Below are positions 16,819-26,373 of a stretch of DNA of 32,000 nt, piece after piece. The notes under the pieces are model-generated. The model was given only the letters and a program-made list of their open reading frames with translations. It was not told the origin of the DNA and made no database searches. Both the position numbers and the translations under genes were made by a program. Within the stretch, counting starts at the first letter, position 1; the number at the start of each line of letters is the position of its first letter. Source of the stretch: Vulcanisaeta distributa DSM 14429 (GTDB lineage Archaea; Thermoproteota; Thermoprotei; Thermoproteales; Thermocladiaceae); NCBI RefSeq assembly GCF_000148385.1, contig NC_014537.1:2220001-2252000 (forward strand). Reading direction: 5' to 3'.

Positions 16819-17989
16819 AGGTTTCGAGGCCTGAGCCTAAGTAAAACCTTGTGAATATGATGGCTATGGTTATCACGGGGATTAGGAGTAAAGCCATTGA
16901 TAGTCTAATCCCAATTAAATCCGTTGAAATGCCAAATAATGCTGGGACTGCTATACCTAGAACTCCCTGAAAGGCGGCGAAGTAGGAGTTTGCGGCATTT
17001 CTTTCCTCAATACTCGTCCCCCTACTAATCATTAACGTCGAGAGTGGGTATACAGAGCCGTGTGGTATTCCGAGTATCGTCATTGATACGATAAATGCAG
17101 CGTAATTTTGTGAGAGGTAAAGTAATATAATGCCGATTATTGTTAACGCTATGGAAATAATCATTGGTTTAAATAGGCCCCTTGGAACCCTGATTGTTAG
17201 GTAAAGTCTAGTAAGAAATGAGGTAAGGAAGAAAGGTACGAATGAGAAATAAGCGAGGTACCTACTAACGTGGTATATGCTCTGTGCATATATGGCTATG
17301 AATGCCGTAAAGACGACAAAGGGTATGCTATAGGTGGAGTTTGCAAGTAATGCTGAGATTAAGCCCTTATTCCTAAGTATTTGCTTAACATTAACATTTC
17401 TTCTAGGTCCTTTAGGATCCGGTGGGAAGTGCGCCTTAAACGATAATGCGAACGATACTAATGCCAGCGGTATGAATAGTAGGAATATGTACCTATAACC
17501 AAAGTGTGTTAATAGGTATGTCTCAAATAACGGGCCAATGACAAGGCTTGTACTTAAGGCGAGGGTGTAAAGTACGAGCAGGCGTTCCGCAGTGAATTGA
17601 TCACCGACAATACTGGCTGACGTGAGTATATTAGGCATTATTAGGCCGTAAGCGAATCCAGTGAGTATTGAAATTATCCAAATACTAAATGAATTGGCTA
17701 GGAAGTACGTGGGTAATAAGGCGAGTATTAACGCATTTGAAATTATGAAGAGTAGTCTCCTTGTTTGACTAGGTAATCTGGCGTTGACGAATACTATGGA
17801 TACCAGGTTAACGGCAGTAACCGCTGACGCCAGAAACCCGACTAAGTAATTGGGGAATAGTAGGTCGTACTTAGTCAATAAAGGTGTTGTTGTTCCAATC
17901 ATGTTATTTGTTGCGCGTGTGGCGAAGGTTATTAGGAATATTATGATTGCGTAATGGGCTATTTCCCGATTAATACGCACAATCACCAA
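16790..17989 (-). CDS. MFS transporter
   Basis: About 12 predicted hydrophobic segments in 399 aa. The 3' end overlaps the convergent PGI/PMI gene by 29 nt. Confidence 0.7.
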   Translation of the reverse strand: MVIVRINREIAHYAIIIFLITFATRATNNMIGTTTPLLTKYDLLFPNYLVGFLASAVTAVNLVSIVFVNARLPSQTRRLLFIISNALILALLPTYFLANSFSIWIISILTGFAYGLIMPNILTSASIVGDQFTAERLLVLYTLALSTSLVIGPLFETYLLTHFGYRYIFLLFIPLALVSFALSFKAHFPPDPKGPRRNVNVKQILRNKGLISALLANSTYSIPFVVFTAFIAIYAQSIYHVSRYLAYFSFVPFFLTSFLTRLYLTIRVPRGLFKPMIISIALTIIGIILLYLSQNYAAFIVSMTILGIPHGSVYPLSTLMISRGTSIEERNAANSYFAAFQGVLGIAVPALFGISTDLIGIRLSMALLLIPVITIAIIFTRFYLGSGLETFKPEIPSSR

Positions 17990-18045
17990 CGGGAGGTTTA
18001 GTGTTTAAAAACCATTCCGTCATTCGCATTTATTTTACATGGCAT

Positions 18046-18951
18046 TTAATATACGGGTGTGAGCCAGCTCATGTACTTACTCACCTTACCGTGAACCAAA
18101 TCCATGTAATAGCTCCTTATCTTAAGGGTTATTGGTCCCGGCTGTCCATTGCCTATAACCCTACCGTCAATGTTCACTACCGGAGTTACCTCAGCGGCCG
18201 TTCCTGTGAAGAACACCTCATCTGCCGTATACAACTCCTCCCTGGTAATCCTCTTCTCAATAACGGTCAGCCCTAGGTCCTTGGCTATCGTGATTACGGT
18301 ATCCCTCGTGATACCCTCAAGTATTGAATCGTAGGTTGGTGGTGTATAGAGCACGCCATCCTTAACGATAAATACATTCTCCCCACTACCCTCAGCGACA
18401 TAGCCGTCACGGTTAAGTAGGATAGCCTCATCAAACCCTGAGATCTTGGCGTCCAGCAATGCAATTACGGAATTAACGTAGATACCACCGACCTTAGCCT
18501 TCATTGGGAACATGGAGTTGTGAACCCTCAACCAACTAACCACCTTAGCCCTAACGCCCTTAGGCTCCAGGTAGTGGCCGAAGGGTATGGCTATTATTGC
18601 CGTAGTTGTTTCCAAGTCCCTAATATCCAGGTTTACCGTGGACGCGGATACGAAGGCGATGGGCCTTATGTAGACATTCTCACGTACCTCATTAGCCTTT
18701 AATAATTCCACGGTTGCGTCTACTAACTCATCAATGCCGTAACCAACCTTAATGCCCATGATTTTGGCTGAATTATGGAACCTTATGTAATGGTCCCTAG
18801 CCCTGAATATGTATAGGTTATTGCTTTCAGGGCTCCAATAGGCCCTTATTCCCTCGAAAACCGACGTGCCGTAGTGCAGGGCATGCGTGAGTATGGGTAT
18901 TACTGCCTCTCTTTCAGGTATTAACTTTCCGTTTACCCATACATACTTCAT
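18046..18951 (-). CDS. ilvE: branched-chain amino acid aminotransferase (class IV PLP enzyme)
   Basis: MKYVWVNGKLIPEREA.., LHYGTSVFEGIRAY, EGSGENVFIV and GITRDTVI motifs. The start is moved to Met26 of the tracked ORF, where family-like sequence begins; a TTAATAA box lies about 25 nt upstream. Confidence 0.88.
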   Translation of the reverse strand: MKYVWVNGKLIPEREAVIPILTHALHYGTSVFEGIRAYWSPESNNLYIFRARDHYIRFHNSAKIMGIKVGYGIDELVDATVELLKANEVRENVYIRPIAFVSASTVNLDIRDLETTTAIIAIPFGHYLEPKGVRAKVVSWLRVHNSMFPMKAKVGGIYVNSVIALLDAKISGFDEAILLNRDGYVAEGSGENVFIVKDGVLYTPPTYDSILEGITRDTVITIAKDLGLTVIEKRITREELYTADEVFFTGTAAEVTPVVNIDGRVIGNGQPGPITLKIRSYYMDLVHGKVSKYMSWLTPVY

Positions 18952-19032
18952 TAACTCGCCTACAATAAACTCCTTATTAAGCATTATCATATATATAGTG
19001 TATTTTGCGGCACCTGCCCAAGCCATGAAAAG

Positions 19033-19443
19033 TTAAAGTTGCGGGATGTCCTTGCCATGTGGGCATTTACTGGGCTTACCCAGATATTCGTAGAGCTTCT
19101 CCACGACCTCCTCAGGCAGTGCGTAATCAAACATCTTAGCTAACTCACATGCCTTATCTGGGTCGATCCCCGCCCTAACCAATAACGTCTCCACGACCCT
19201 ATGCGCCCTAATTAATGAGTTCATTTCTTTAATGCCCTCGTCAGTTATGTATATTCCACCGTTCCTCCTCTCCACAAAGCCCTTCTTTATTAAGTGATTA
19301 ATCTCTTCATAGGCGCTCGCGGTTGAGACGCCAAGCGCCTTTGCAATGCCGAATATCGTTGCACCGGAGCCCTTATCATTCATTCCCTTAATCACTAATA
19401 GGTATAGGAATTCCCTACTGGATATTCTCACATGCAGTCCCAT
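19033..19443 (-). CDS. DtxR/MntR-family metal-dependent transcriptional repressor
   Basis: N-terminal winged HTH (IAKALGVSTASAYEEINHLIKKGFV) followed by the dimerisation/metal helix RAHRVVETLLV. Lies directly downstream of the NRAMP gene. Confidence 0.8.
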   Translation of the reverse strand: MGLHVRISSREFLYLLVIKGMNDKGSGATIFGIAKALGVSTASAYEEINHLIKKGFVERRNGGIYITDEGIKEMNSLIRAHRVVETLLVRAGIDPDKACELAKMFDYALPEEVVEKLYEYLGKPSKCPHGKDIPQL

Positions 19444-19490
19444 ACTACACTTAGTAAAAATCTAATTAAATCTTATTCCCAAATAATTAC

Positions 19491-20774
19491 TTAGATCGTA
19501 GTCATTATTGCGTAGATGCCGGCAATAATCAATGCCGTGGTAACCACATAAAGCGCAATGGCCCTAGCCCTACTAATTGTGTAATCACCAACGACATCTC
19601 TCCTCGAAACCAGGCTTATTAATAGGTAAGTGGGTATGGCGAGAGCTACGGCATTAAAGACCATGATACCCAGGATCAAATTAACGAGGTCCCTCATGAA
19701 GAGTATTATCAAGGCTGCGGGCACAACCTCAACAACATAAAATGCGTAGAAGCCCCTAGCCTCACACATCCTCCTACTAAGCCCTGAGGGCCAACCAAAG
19801 TATTCACTGAGTCCATAGGCGAAGCCCAGGCTTATCACGAATATTGCCAGCAGTGCGGCTGCGACCATGCCTACAGCAGCCACTATGAACCAGTATGGGC
19901 TAATGATCCTGCTTATTGAGAGTAACGCTGATTGGAATCCATCAACAACCCCACCCTTAACCCTAAGCCAATAACCAACCAGTAGGCTACCAATCATTAA
20001 TGTCTCGCTTATTATCGCGCCCATTACGGTCTCAAACCTCTCATGGGTATAGTGCTCCCTCCTCAATCCTTTATCAACAATCGCCGACTGCTGATAATAA
20101 AGCATCCAGGGCATTATTACGGCGCCAATGTTGGCCGCGAGTAACGTTAAATATAGGGAATTAGAGTATGAGCTTGGTAGGAAAATCGACAGTAATGCAC
20201 CATACATCTCCTGAGCCCTAATGGGTACTACAGCAAAGGCCACTAGGTACACTAGTATAAACGCGGAAATTGCAAGCAGTACGTTCTCAACCCTCTTATA
20301 CGAACCACCCATCAGTATTATAACCGTGTGAAACACAAGGACTAAGATCACAGAAATAACCACGGGCACCCCAAAGAGGAGCCCAATGGCTGATATGGCC
20401 GCGTACTCACCGACATAGGCGGCCCCATCTATTATGAGCATGGCAATTAATGATGCAGCCGCAGCCTTATTACCATAAACCTCCCTAAGTAGAGTCCCCA
20501 TACCCTTCCCACTACCTAGCGCAGCCCTGATGGTTAGCTCCTGGATGAAGTACAAAGGTATTGTTAGGAGTATCAGCCAGGGAATCATCGCAAGCCCCGT
20601 ATAATAACCGCTCTGCATCGCCGTAAGTATACTCGGCGCATCCACATCCGCGAGCATGGTCAACCAGCCAGGACCAAGCAATACCCTAAATGAATCGCTA
20701 ATTCCCTTAATACTCTTCGATACTCTCTCCTGAAAATTCACGCCAGAGTCACACAAGTACCTACTAATTAACAT
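19491..20774 (-). CDS. mntH: NRAMP-family divalent metal (Mn2+/Fe2+) transporter
   Basis: LGPGWLTMLADVDAPSILTAMQSGYYTG matches the NRAMP N-terminal signature (GPG..a.iD.g.i). Polytopic. The start is set at Met25 (20774), which removes the overlap with the upstream MFS gene. Confidence 0.85.
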   Translation of the reverse strand: MLISRYLCDSGVNFQERVSKSIKGISDSFRVLLGPGWLTMLADVDAPSILTAMQSGYYTGLAMIPWLILLTIPLYFIQELTIRAALGSGKGMGTLLREVYGNKAAAASLIAMLIIDGAAYVGEYAAISAIGLLFGVPVVISVILVLVFHTVIILMGGSYKRVENVLLAISAFILVYLVAFAVVPIRAQEMYGALLSIFLPSSYSNSLYLTLLAANIGAVIMPWMLYYQQSAIVDKGLRREHYTHERFETVMGAIISETLMIGSLLVGYWLRVKGGVVDGFQSALLSISRIISPYWFIVAAVGMVAAALLAIFVISLGFAYGLSEYFGWPSGLSRRMCEARGFYAFYVVEVVPAALIILFMRDLVNLILGIMVFNAVALAIPTYLLISLVSRRDVVGDYTISRARAIALYVVTTALIIAGIYAIMTTI

Positions 20775-20808
20775 TTTTCCTGTGACAAGTGAAAAAGCAA
20801 TGCACGTA

Positions 20809-22008
20809 TTAAGTACCGTGGATAACCCTAACCCTACCCTCAACACCCCTGAGCAGGGCGTAGAACAGCACTACGGCAGTTGCGTAAAGAATAGAGGTTA
20901 TGTATAGGGGCATGTCGAGGTAACCAATATCCATTAAGTAGCCACCAATACCTGGGCCAATAGCCCTCGGTATCGAGGATATCATGTTCCACAGACCAAA
21001 TACCCTGCCTCGTTCCTCCCTGGGCACTAATTCATTAATGAGCGATGTTAATAATGGGTTCGCCATGTTCATGAGCGTATTCCTAATTATGAATAGGGCT
21101 AGTAACAGTGGTAGGTCGTATATTGATGGCATTATAGCAAGCACGCCTGTGGCTAACCCCTCAAGCATTACCACGGATATCACCCTACTGCGTAATAGCC
21201 TCGATATCGTCGGAGCCATTAATGTACCTAGAGCGAGTGTCGCATTGGATATGGCGTAGACTATGCCCAGGCTGGCAATGTTTATGTGGAACTTCAGGTA
21301 AAACCAAAGGCTAAACAACGGTATTATTACGCCAGCCCCAAGGCCAATCAACGCTTCAGGTAGTAACCTCTTTATTAACCATGACGAACGTAGCCTACCC
21401 AAGTCCTTAAGGCTAATCCTCTCAATCTTTACATTCGCAATGGTTGGGTCCAAGTGCCTAATTGCATTAAGTACCAGGGGTATTGTCAGGTAAACGGCAA
21501 TGGCCTCGGCAATGAAGATCAGCTCATAGCCAAGACGCCCGAGGTAACTGGGTAGGACTGCCATTGCGGAGCCAACAACGCTGAAGACCACGTTGAAGGA
21601 TGATGATAGACTAAAAACTTCATCTGAGACGTTCCTCTGCTTAGCGAATTCACCAACTATGGCTGTTAATACCACGTATCGATTAAACAACGCGGTAAGT
21701 AGGTAGGCAATTGAAACTATCATGGGCATGCCGGTAGTCATCAGTAGTATTAATGAGCCGCTGATTGTAGACAGTACTGTGAAGAGCTTGATCCTGTCCA
21801 TGAAATCCGTTAAATAACCAACAACTAATGAACCAAGGGCATTTATTAGTGAGAAAAGCCCAAGGATAACGCCTATGAGTGTGGTTGAAATACCAATACT
21901 CAACATGTAGATTGAGAGAATTACCGAATTAGCACCCCAAATAATACCGCTTAGGGAATTGGCCGTTACCAGGAGGAAACCAACACGGCCGATGCGTCTA
22001 AACGACAT
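20809..22008 (-). CDS. MFS transporter
   Basis: Polytopic 399-aa ORF with an MFS-like loop motif (GYLTDFMDRIK). Confidence 0.7.
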   Translation of the reverse strand: MSFRRIGRVGFLLVTANSLSGIIWGANSVILSIYMLSIGISTTLIGVILGLFSLINALGSLVVGYLTDFMDRIKLFTVLSTISGSLILLMTTGMPMIVSIAYLLTALFNRYVVLTAIVGEFAKQRNVSDEVFSLSSSFNVVFSVVGSAMAVLPSYLGRLGYELIFIAEAIAVYLTIPLVLNAIRHLDPTIANVKIERISLKDLGRLRSSWLIKRLLPEALIGLGAGVIIPLFSLWFYLKFHINIASLGIVYAISNATLALGTLMAPTISRLLRSRVISVVMLEGLATGVLAIMPSIYDLPLLLALFIIRNTLMNMANPLLTSLINELVPREERGRVFGLWNMISSIPRAIGPGIGGYLMDIGYLDMPLYITSILYATAVVLFYALLRGVEGRVRVIHGT

Positions 22009-22159
22009 TAGGCATTGATTAAAGACTTAGGTTAATAAGGCATATTCCTCATTTGGAATAGAAAATTTAAATAAAAAGGATAACCATTAGAACATTTAGT
22101 CAAAGGAAATATTGATCCTGAGGGAAATGTTTAAAAATAATAAGAACAATTAAATAACT

Positions 22160-24112
22160 ATGACGAACATAACGAGGATAATACCAATAATAATGGCGAT
22201 GATGCTGGCCATGGCAATGGTGGTAGTAGCTCATGCTCAGACGTTCCCACCGCCGGGTCCATCAACGACGCCGCAGTACTTCACGTGTACTGAGGTGGTT
22301 CCTGGGGTGTCTGGTTCTAACTTAAGCCATGTAATTGTTTGGTTGAGGTTGAGTAATGTGACTACGTCGAATGGTTTACTATATCTTCTAGACCAGATGT
22401 ACTATAATGTCTCAAGCCCCTACTTCCATCGCTTCATTACGCCTCAGGAGTTTGCTAGTTGGTATTCACCGCCGAGTAGTGTTGTTAGTTATGTGGTTAA
22501 CCTGGCCGAGAGTTATGGTTTAACGGTTAATTACACGTTCCCAATGCTCATAGAGGCCACGGGCACGGCATCGGAGGTGGACAACTTCCTAACGGCCTTA
22601 CAATCAGCGCCGAGTGGCATACAGCAGTGGATACTATCGGGCGAGTGCATCCCAATTGGCTACTTCCACGTGAGTAGTATCGCCCCCTTATACAGGCCGC
22701 AGTATGCTGCAGTGCGCCTCAATGTGACGAACATAAACGCATTACTAAGGGCTGGTGCGGTCAATGTAAATGGGAAGCCAATGCAAGTGATTCAGAATCA
22801 AGTGGAGATATGGTTGCCTCAGGGCCTGGAGTTCATATATGACGAATTGCCGCTCTTTAGTAATGGCTACACGGGCCGGGGATTAACCATAGCCGTTGTC
22901 GATGCCTTCGGAGACTTCAATCTAACCCTAGCCAATCAGTATGTTTACCAGAGCGTTGCATGCCAGGACTTGGCGACGTTTAACAACATGTTCGGCCTAC
23001 CACCGGTTTCGTGCCAAGTCATTTACCCAACCGGTACACCGGCGCTCACACCATATGACCTAAGCACTGCGGAGGGTTGGGCTGTGGAGACGGCACTGGA
23101 CATTGAGTATGCACACACAATGGCGCCTGGTGCCAATATACTCCTCGTCATATCACCAACGGCTGGTGACGATTTGTTCACTGACGTTGAGTACGTGGTC
23201 AACAACTCACTGGCCAACTTCATAAGCCTGAGCTGGGGTGCCTACGAGGACATGTTCTACTACCCACCGCCAAGCTACAACCTACTCTATGGATACGACG
23301 AGGTATTCATGCAGGCAGCCGCTGAGGGAATCGGCGTATTCGCAGCATCAGGCGATAGCGGCGCCTTTGACACGTATTGGCTATCCCTCAACATGACCAT
23401 GGAGCCGAGCGTTTCATACCCAGCCAGCGACCCATGGGTAACCAGCGTCGGCGGAACGACACTCTACGGAAACATCACTAATACGGTGGCCACCCGCATT
23501 GAGTATGCGTGGAATTGGAACAGCACCTACCTATGGGGTAGTGGCGGTGGTTACTCCTTCGCATTCCCAGAGACTCCTGGTCAAGCACTGATACATATTA
23601 TTTATGAGAGGACGCACGTATATGAGCCTGACCTGGGCATTTACTTCCGCACAATTGGCCATAGGGGTGTCCCGGACATCGCGGCCGACGCTAACCCATT
23701 CACGGGCGTCCTAATAGTCCTTAATGGTTCAATATTCCCATACCTAATTGGAGGCACAAGCCTAGCAACGCCGCTTTCGGCTGGCATGACTGCTACAATA
23801 CAGAGCTACCTATACGGAACGGGCGTCGACTACGCAATAGGTGACCTGGCACCCAGCCTATACCTACTGTATTACCGCTACCCAAGTCAATTCTATGCGT
23901 GGAGCCCTGCCTACCCAACAAGCGCCTTCTCTACCGGTATTCCTGGAGCCATGTTTGTAACCCTAGGCGGCCAAAACGGACTCTACTGGGTAATACCGGG
24001 TCAGTGGAACCCCGTGGACGGCCTCGGCCAAATAAACGTCTATGGACTAGCCCACCTACTTCCATACATAACATCGAGGAGTCTCTTCATATCTCAAATG
24101 CAGATTGGTTAG
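22160..24112 (+). CDS. secreted S53 (sedolisin/kumamolisin-type) serine-carboxyl peptidase with propeptide
   Basis: Signal peptide (..VVVAHA|QTF). The pro-kumamolisin-like activation domain is (FHRFITPQEFASWYSPPSSVVSYVVNLAESYGLTV). Catalytic-region motifs are ASGDSGAFD and GGTSLATPLSAGM. Confidence 0.75.
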   Translation: MTNITRIIPIIMAMMLAMAMVVVAHAQTFPPPGPSTTPQYFTCTEVVPGVSGSNLSHVIVWLRLSNVTTSNGLLYLLDQMYYNVSSPYFHRFITPQEFASWYSPPSSVVSYVVNLAESYGLTVNYTFPMLIEATGTASEVDNFLTALQSAPSGIQQWILSGECIPIGYFHVSSIAPLYRPQYAAVRLNVTNINALLRAGAVNVNGKPMQVIQNQVEIWLPQGLEFIYDELPLFSNGYTGRGLTIAVVDAFGDFNLTLANQYVYQSVACQDLATFNNMFGLPPVSCQVIYPTGTPALTPYDLSTAEGWAVETALDIEYAHTMAPGANILLVISPTAGDDLFTDVEYVVNNSLANFISLSWGAYEDMFYYPPPSYNLLYGYDEVFMQAAAEGIGVFAASGDSGAFDTYWLSLNMTMEPSVSYPASDPWVTSVGGTTLYGNITNTVATRIEYAWNWNSTYLWGSGGGYSFAFPETPGQALIHIIYERTHVYEPDLGIYFRTIGHRGVPDIAADANPFTGVLIVLNGSIFPYLIGGTSLATPLSAGMTATIQSYLYGTGVDYAIGDLAPSLYLLYYRYPSQFYAWSPAYPTSAFSTGIPGAMFVTLGGQNGLYWVIPGQWNPVDGLGQINVYGLAHLLPYITSRSLFISQMQIG

Positions 24113-24177
24113 GGTGCTCTATAGATATTGTGCTAAAAATAAAAATTTATCATTATTCCTTTTTACTAAATATAAAC

Positions 24178-24807
24178 TTAAATCAGTAATGCTTCCCTAA
24201 CCCCCTCTATTATTAGCGATACTGCCCACGCCATTATTATCAGGCTTAGGAACCTACCAATGAACCTAAGCATGTTGCCTCCGATGAGCCTAATTATTGA
24301 GAAGCTGAACCTGATCACTAGGTACGTTATTAATGATGCTATGAGTATGCTAATTATGACCTCGGGAATCCCATAATACGTGGTGAACAGCATTACCGAT
24401 GTTATGGCCCCAGGCCCCACAAGCATCGGCGTAACTATTGGCGTGAATATGAACTCCTCAGGGCTTAATCCCATGGTCCTTGGAGCGCCCTCCCTGAGCG
24501 TGTCAATACCTATTATGAGGAGTACTATGCCACCCGCAATCCTGAAGTCGGCAATGCTTATGTTAAAGGCCCTCAATATGTATGGACCAGCCACTGCAAA
24601 TATTATTAGTAGTGATGGTACGGCAACGGCAATTATCCTAAGGGCCCTCCTGAAGACCTCGGGCTTTTCAATCCCAGGCATACTGACCATTATTGGTAAT
24701 GCGCCGACTGGGTCCACTATTGCAATTAGTTGTGTGGTCATTATCAATACGTCAATTGCAATACTCATTATCCAATGATGAGGCTTAAGCCCTTTAAAAG
24801 AGTTCAC
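24178..24807 (-). CDS. MarC-family (UPF0056) integral membrane protein
   Basis: About 6 TM segments in 209 aa, with the MarC-like motif LIAIVDPVGALPIMVSM near the N-terminus. Confidence 0.7.
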   Translation of the reverse strand: MNSFKGLKPHHWIMSIAIDVLIMTTQLIAIVDPVGALPIMVSMPGIEKPEVFRRALRIIAVAVPSLLIIFAVAGPYILRAFNISIADFRIAGGIVLLIIGIDTLREGAPRTMGLSPEEFIFTPIVTPMLVGPGAITSVMLFTTYYGIPEVIISILIASLITYLVIRFSFSIIRLIGGNMLRFIGRFLSLIIMAWAVSLIIEGVREALLI

Positions 24808-24870
24808 TATGAACGTTGCTATGAAATGCTTACATCCTAATTTTTCTAGCCTTAATTAGAAACTTTAATA

Positions 24871-24893
24871 AATGAATTTAGTAATAATTCATT
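24871..24893. promoter_or_regulatory. 8-bp perfect inverted repeat (AATGAATT-n7-AATTCATT) immediately upstream of the AbrB-type gene
   Basis: Read directly. It ends 3 nt before the ATG at 24897. Candidate autoregulatory operator. Confidence 0.35.
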
Positions 24894-24896
24894 GAT

Positions 24897-25214
24897 ATGG
24901 CATCTGGAATATCTAGGGTAAGGAGGGTTAGGAGAAGTATGGTAATCACCAAATTGCCATATGTAACGAAGATATACATAAACTACCAAGTCCTCATACC
25001 GGCCAGTTTAGTTAAGGCTCTCAATATTGAAAATGTTGCTTACGCAAACATAACCATTAAGTATAGGGGCCTCGAAATCGAGATACCGCAGGTAAGATTA
25101 TTGAGGACTAGGAACACGGCTAGTAGGCAATTCACAATACCCAAGGAAGTCAGGGAAAAGTACGGTATAAGCCCCCTCGACGAGGTAGAGGTACTTGACA
25201 TAAAACCGGCATAA
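24897..25214 (+). CDS. SpoVT/AbrB-type DNA-binding protein, apparently with two tandem half-domains
   Basis: The C-terminal RQFTIPKEVREKYGISPLDEVEVLDI is a classic SpoVT/AbrB motif. An earlier, weaker copy is YQVLIPASLVKALNIENVAYANITI. The start could be the internal Met (MVITK). Confidence 0.6.
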   Translation: MASGISRVRRVRRSMVITKLPYVTKIYINYQVLIPASLVKALNIENVAYANITIKYRGLEIEIPQVRLLRTRNTASRQFTIPKEVREKYGISPLDEVEVLDIKPA

Positions 25215-25868
25215 AGGTGTTTGAAACAACCCCATAAAAGCCCACTTATCTACATCTGCATCCTTGATTTTGCCCTTGAGCGACTTGTGGTTACTGGATC
25301 TTAAATACCATGTTACTGTCATGTTATTAACATTGACGTTAACGGTGTTTATATGCACGCGAATCTCGCCAGGATACAACAACGACCAAAATATTACTTG
25401 CCAGGTTTGGTTGGTGCCCATAACTGGTCTGCCTTTCTCTACGCTTTCATCGGTTTCAGCGAAACTGATGCGAAGGCTCCTAAGCGTCTTAACAAACTTT
25501 GTATACTCCTCCTTATTCATCATCTTCATGAAATCAGGCACCTCAACATCCACTCCCTCAAGACCCTTAAGCACTAAGTGAACCGGTATACTAGTGCTCG
25601 TCCTATCCGTCTCAAGCGTTATGTGCTCACTATGCACACTTATTCCTGATGCGCCCTCGCCCCTAATGATTACCTCTGCCCTGCCGTTCATTAGGTTATC
25701 AATTAGTCTCCTTGTCTCGTTGCCAACATCACGCCAGTAGTTCAAGAACCGTTCATTATAGTTTATGAACTTGTCAACGAGCCCCGTGATGGCGTTGACG
25801 ATATCCTCGCTGTATTTGCCCCTCAACTGGACCTCCAGCCTGTCCCTGGCCTCTAGCCACTCGTCCAT
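25098..25868 (-). CDS. hypothetical protein (256 aa)
   Basis: Long ORF with protein-like composition, whereas the opposite-strand ORFs here look like antisense artefacts. The last 39 codons overlap the convergent AbrB-type gene. Confidence 0.5.
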   Translation of the reverse strand: MDEWLEARDRLEVQLRGKYSEDIVNAITGLVDKFINYNERFLNYWRDVGNETRRLIDNLMNGRAEVIIRGEGASGISVHSEHITLETDRTSTSIPVHLVLKGLEGVDVEVPDFMKMMNKEEYTKFVKTLRSLRISFAETDESVEKGRPVMGTNQTWQVIFWSLLYPGEIRVHINTVNVNVNNMTVTWYLRSSNHKSLKGKIKDADVDKWAFMGLFQTPLCRFYVKYLYLVEGAYTVLFPDFLGYCELPTSRVPSPQ

Positions 25869-25913
25869 TGTCTCCTCTACCCACCATGTTTCCCAAACCC
25901 TCCAGTGTTGTAT

Positions 25914-26078
25914 TCAATTGATGGCTTCAACCAGAAAATCAACGGCCTTGTTCACGGCATCCTCACCTGCCTCACCACTGCAGACATATTCCCTGCCGCG
26001 CTTCACACCCATGCAGAAACGGTTCCTCCTCAACAACTCAGCGTTAAACCCCGTGAATTGACCAGGAGCACCAGACAT
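25914..26078 (-). CDS. small hypothetical protein, 54 aa (not in ORF track)
   Basis: Hand translation gives MSGAPGQFTGFNAELLRRNRFCMGVKRGREYVCSGEAGEDAVNKAVDFLVEAIN*. A CTTATTAAT box lies about 25 nt upstream, and the ORF is 45 nt upstream of the 256-aa ORF. Confidence 0.3.
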   Translation of the reverse strand: MSGAPGQFTGFNAELLRRNRFCMGVKRGREYVCSGEAGEDAVNKAVDFLVEAIN

Positions 26079-26336
26079 ACCAATACCTAATCCCCAACCA
26101 GATTAATAAGGCACTACGCAACATCTAAATTCCCAAACTGCCCAACCCTCGATCCACAATAGCCCTGCGCCCTGGCCTTAAGTAGTTAATTACGAAGACC
26201 ACGCTAGCCGTATTCAATGGTTAGCTTTACATAAGCTAAGAAGGCCCTTGGGTTTTCAAGCAGTAAGTAATGCTCGCCAAGTTAACCATGAGGTAATCAT
26301 AAAATAGTACCAGTTGAATGATCGCTGTTAATAGGT

Positions 26337-26350
26337 AAAAATATAAAAAG
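26337..26350 (+). promoter_or_regulatory. TATA box for rpl40e
   Basis: AAAAATATAAAAAG is centred about 30 nt upstream of the ATG at 26374. Confidence 0.5.
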
Positions 26351-26373
26351 GGCCTTAATACCCATAGGTACGT

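Noticed and set aside
1846-25581. Many other short tracked ORFs lie antisense to, or nested in, confident genes. Examples are 1846..2040, 4396..4614, 4825..5055, 7990..8262, 10829..11032, 12737..13009, 14748..14960, 15390..15815, 16083..16781, 18001..18702, 20984..21259, 23023..23223, 23899..24189, 24380..24778, 25264..26090, 27872..28264, 29544..29834 and 31180..31488.
   Set aside because: Each overlaps a longer ORF with recognisable family motifs or better composition. None has a recognisable motif of its own.
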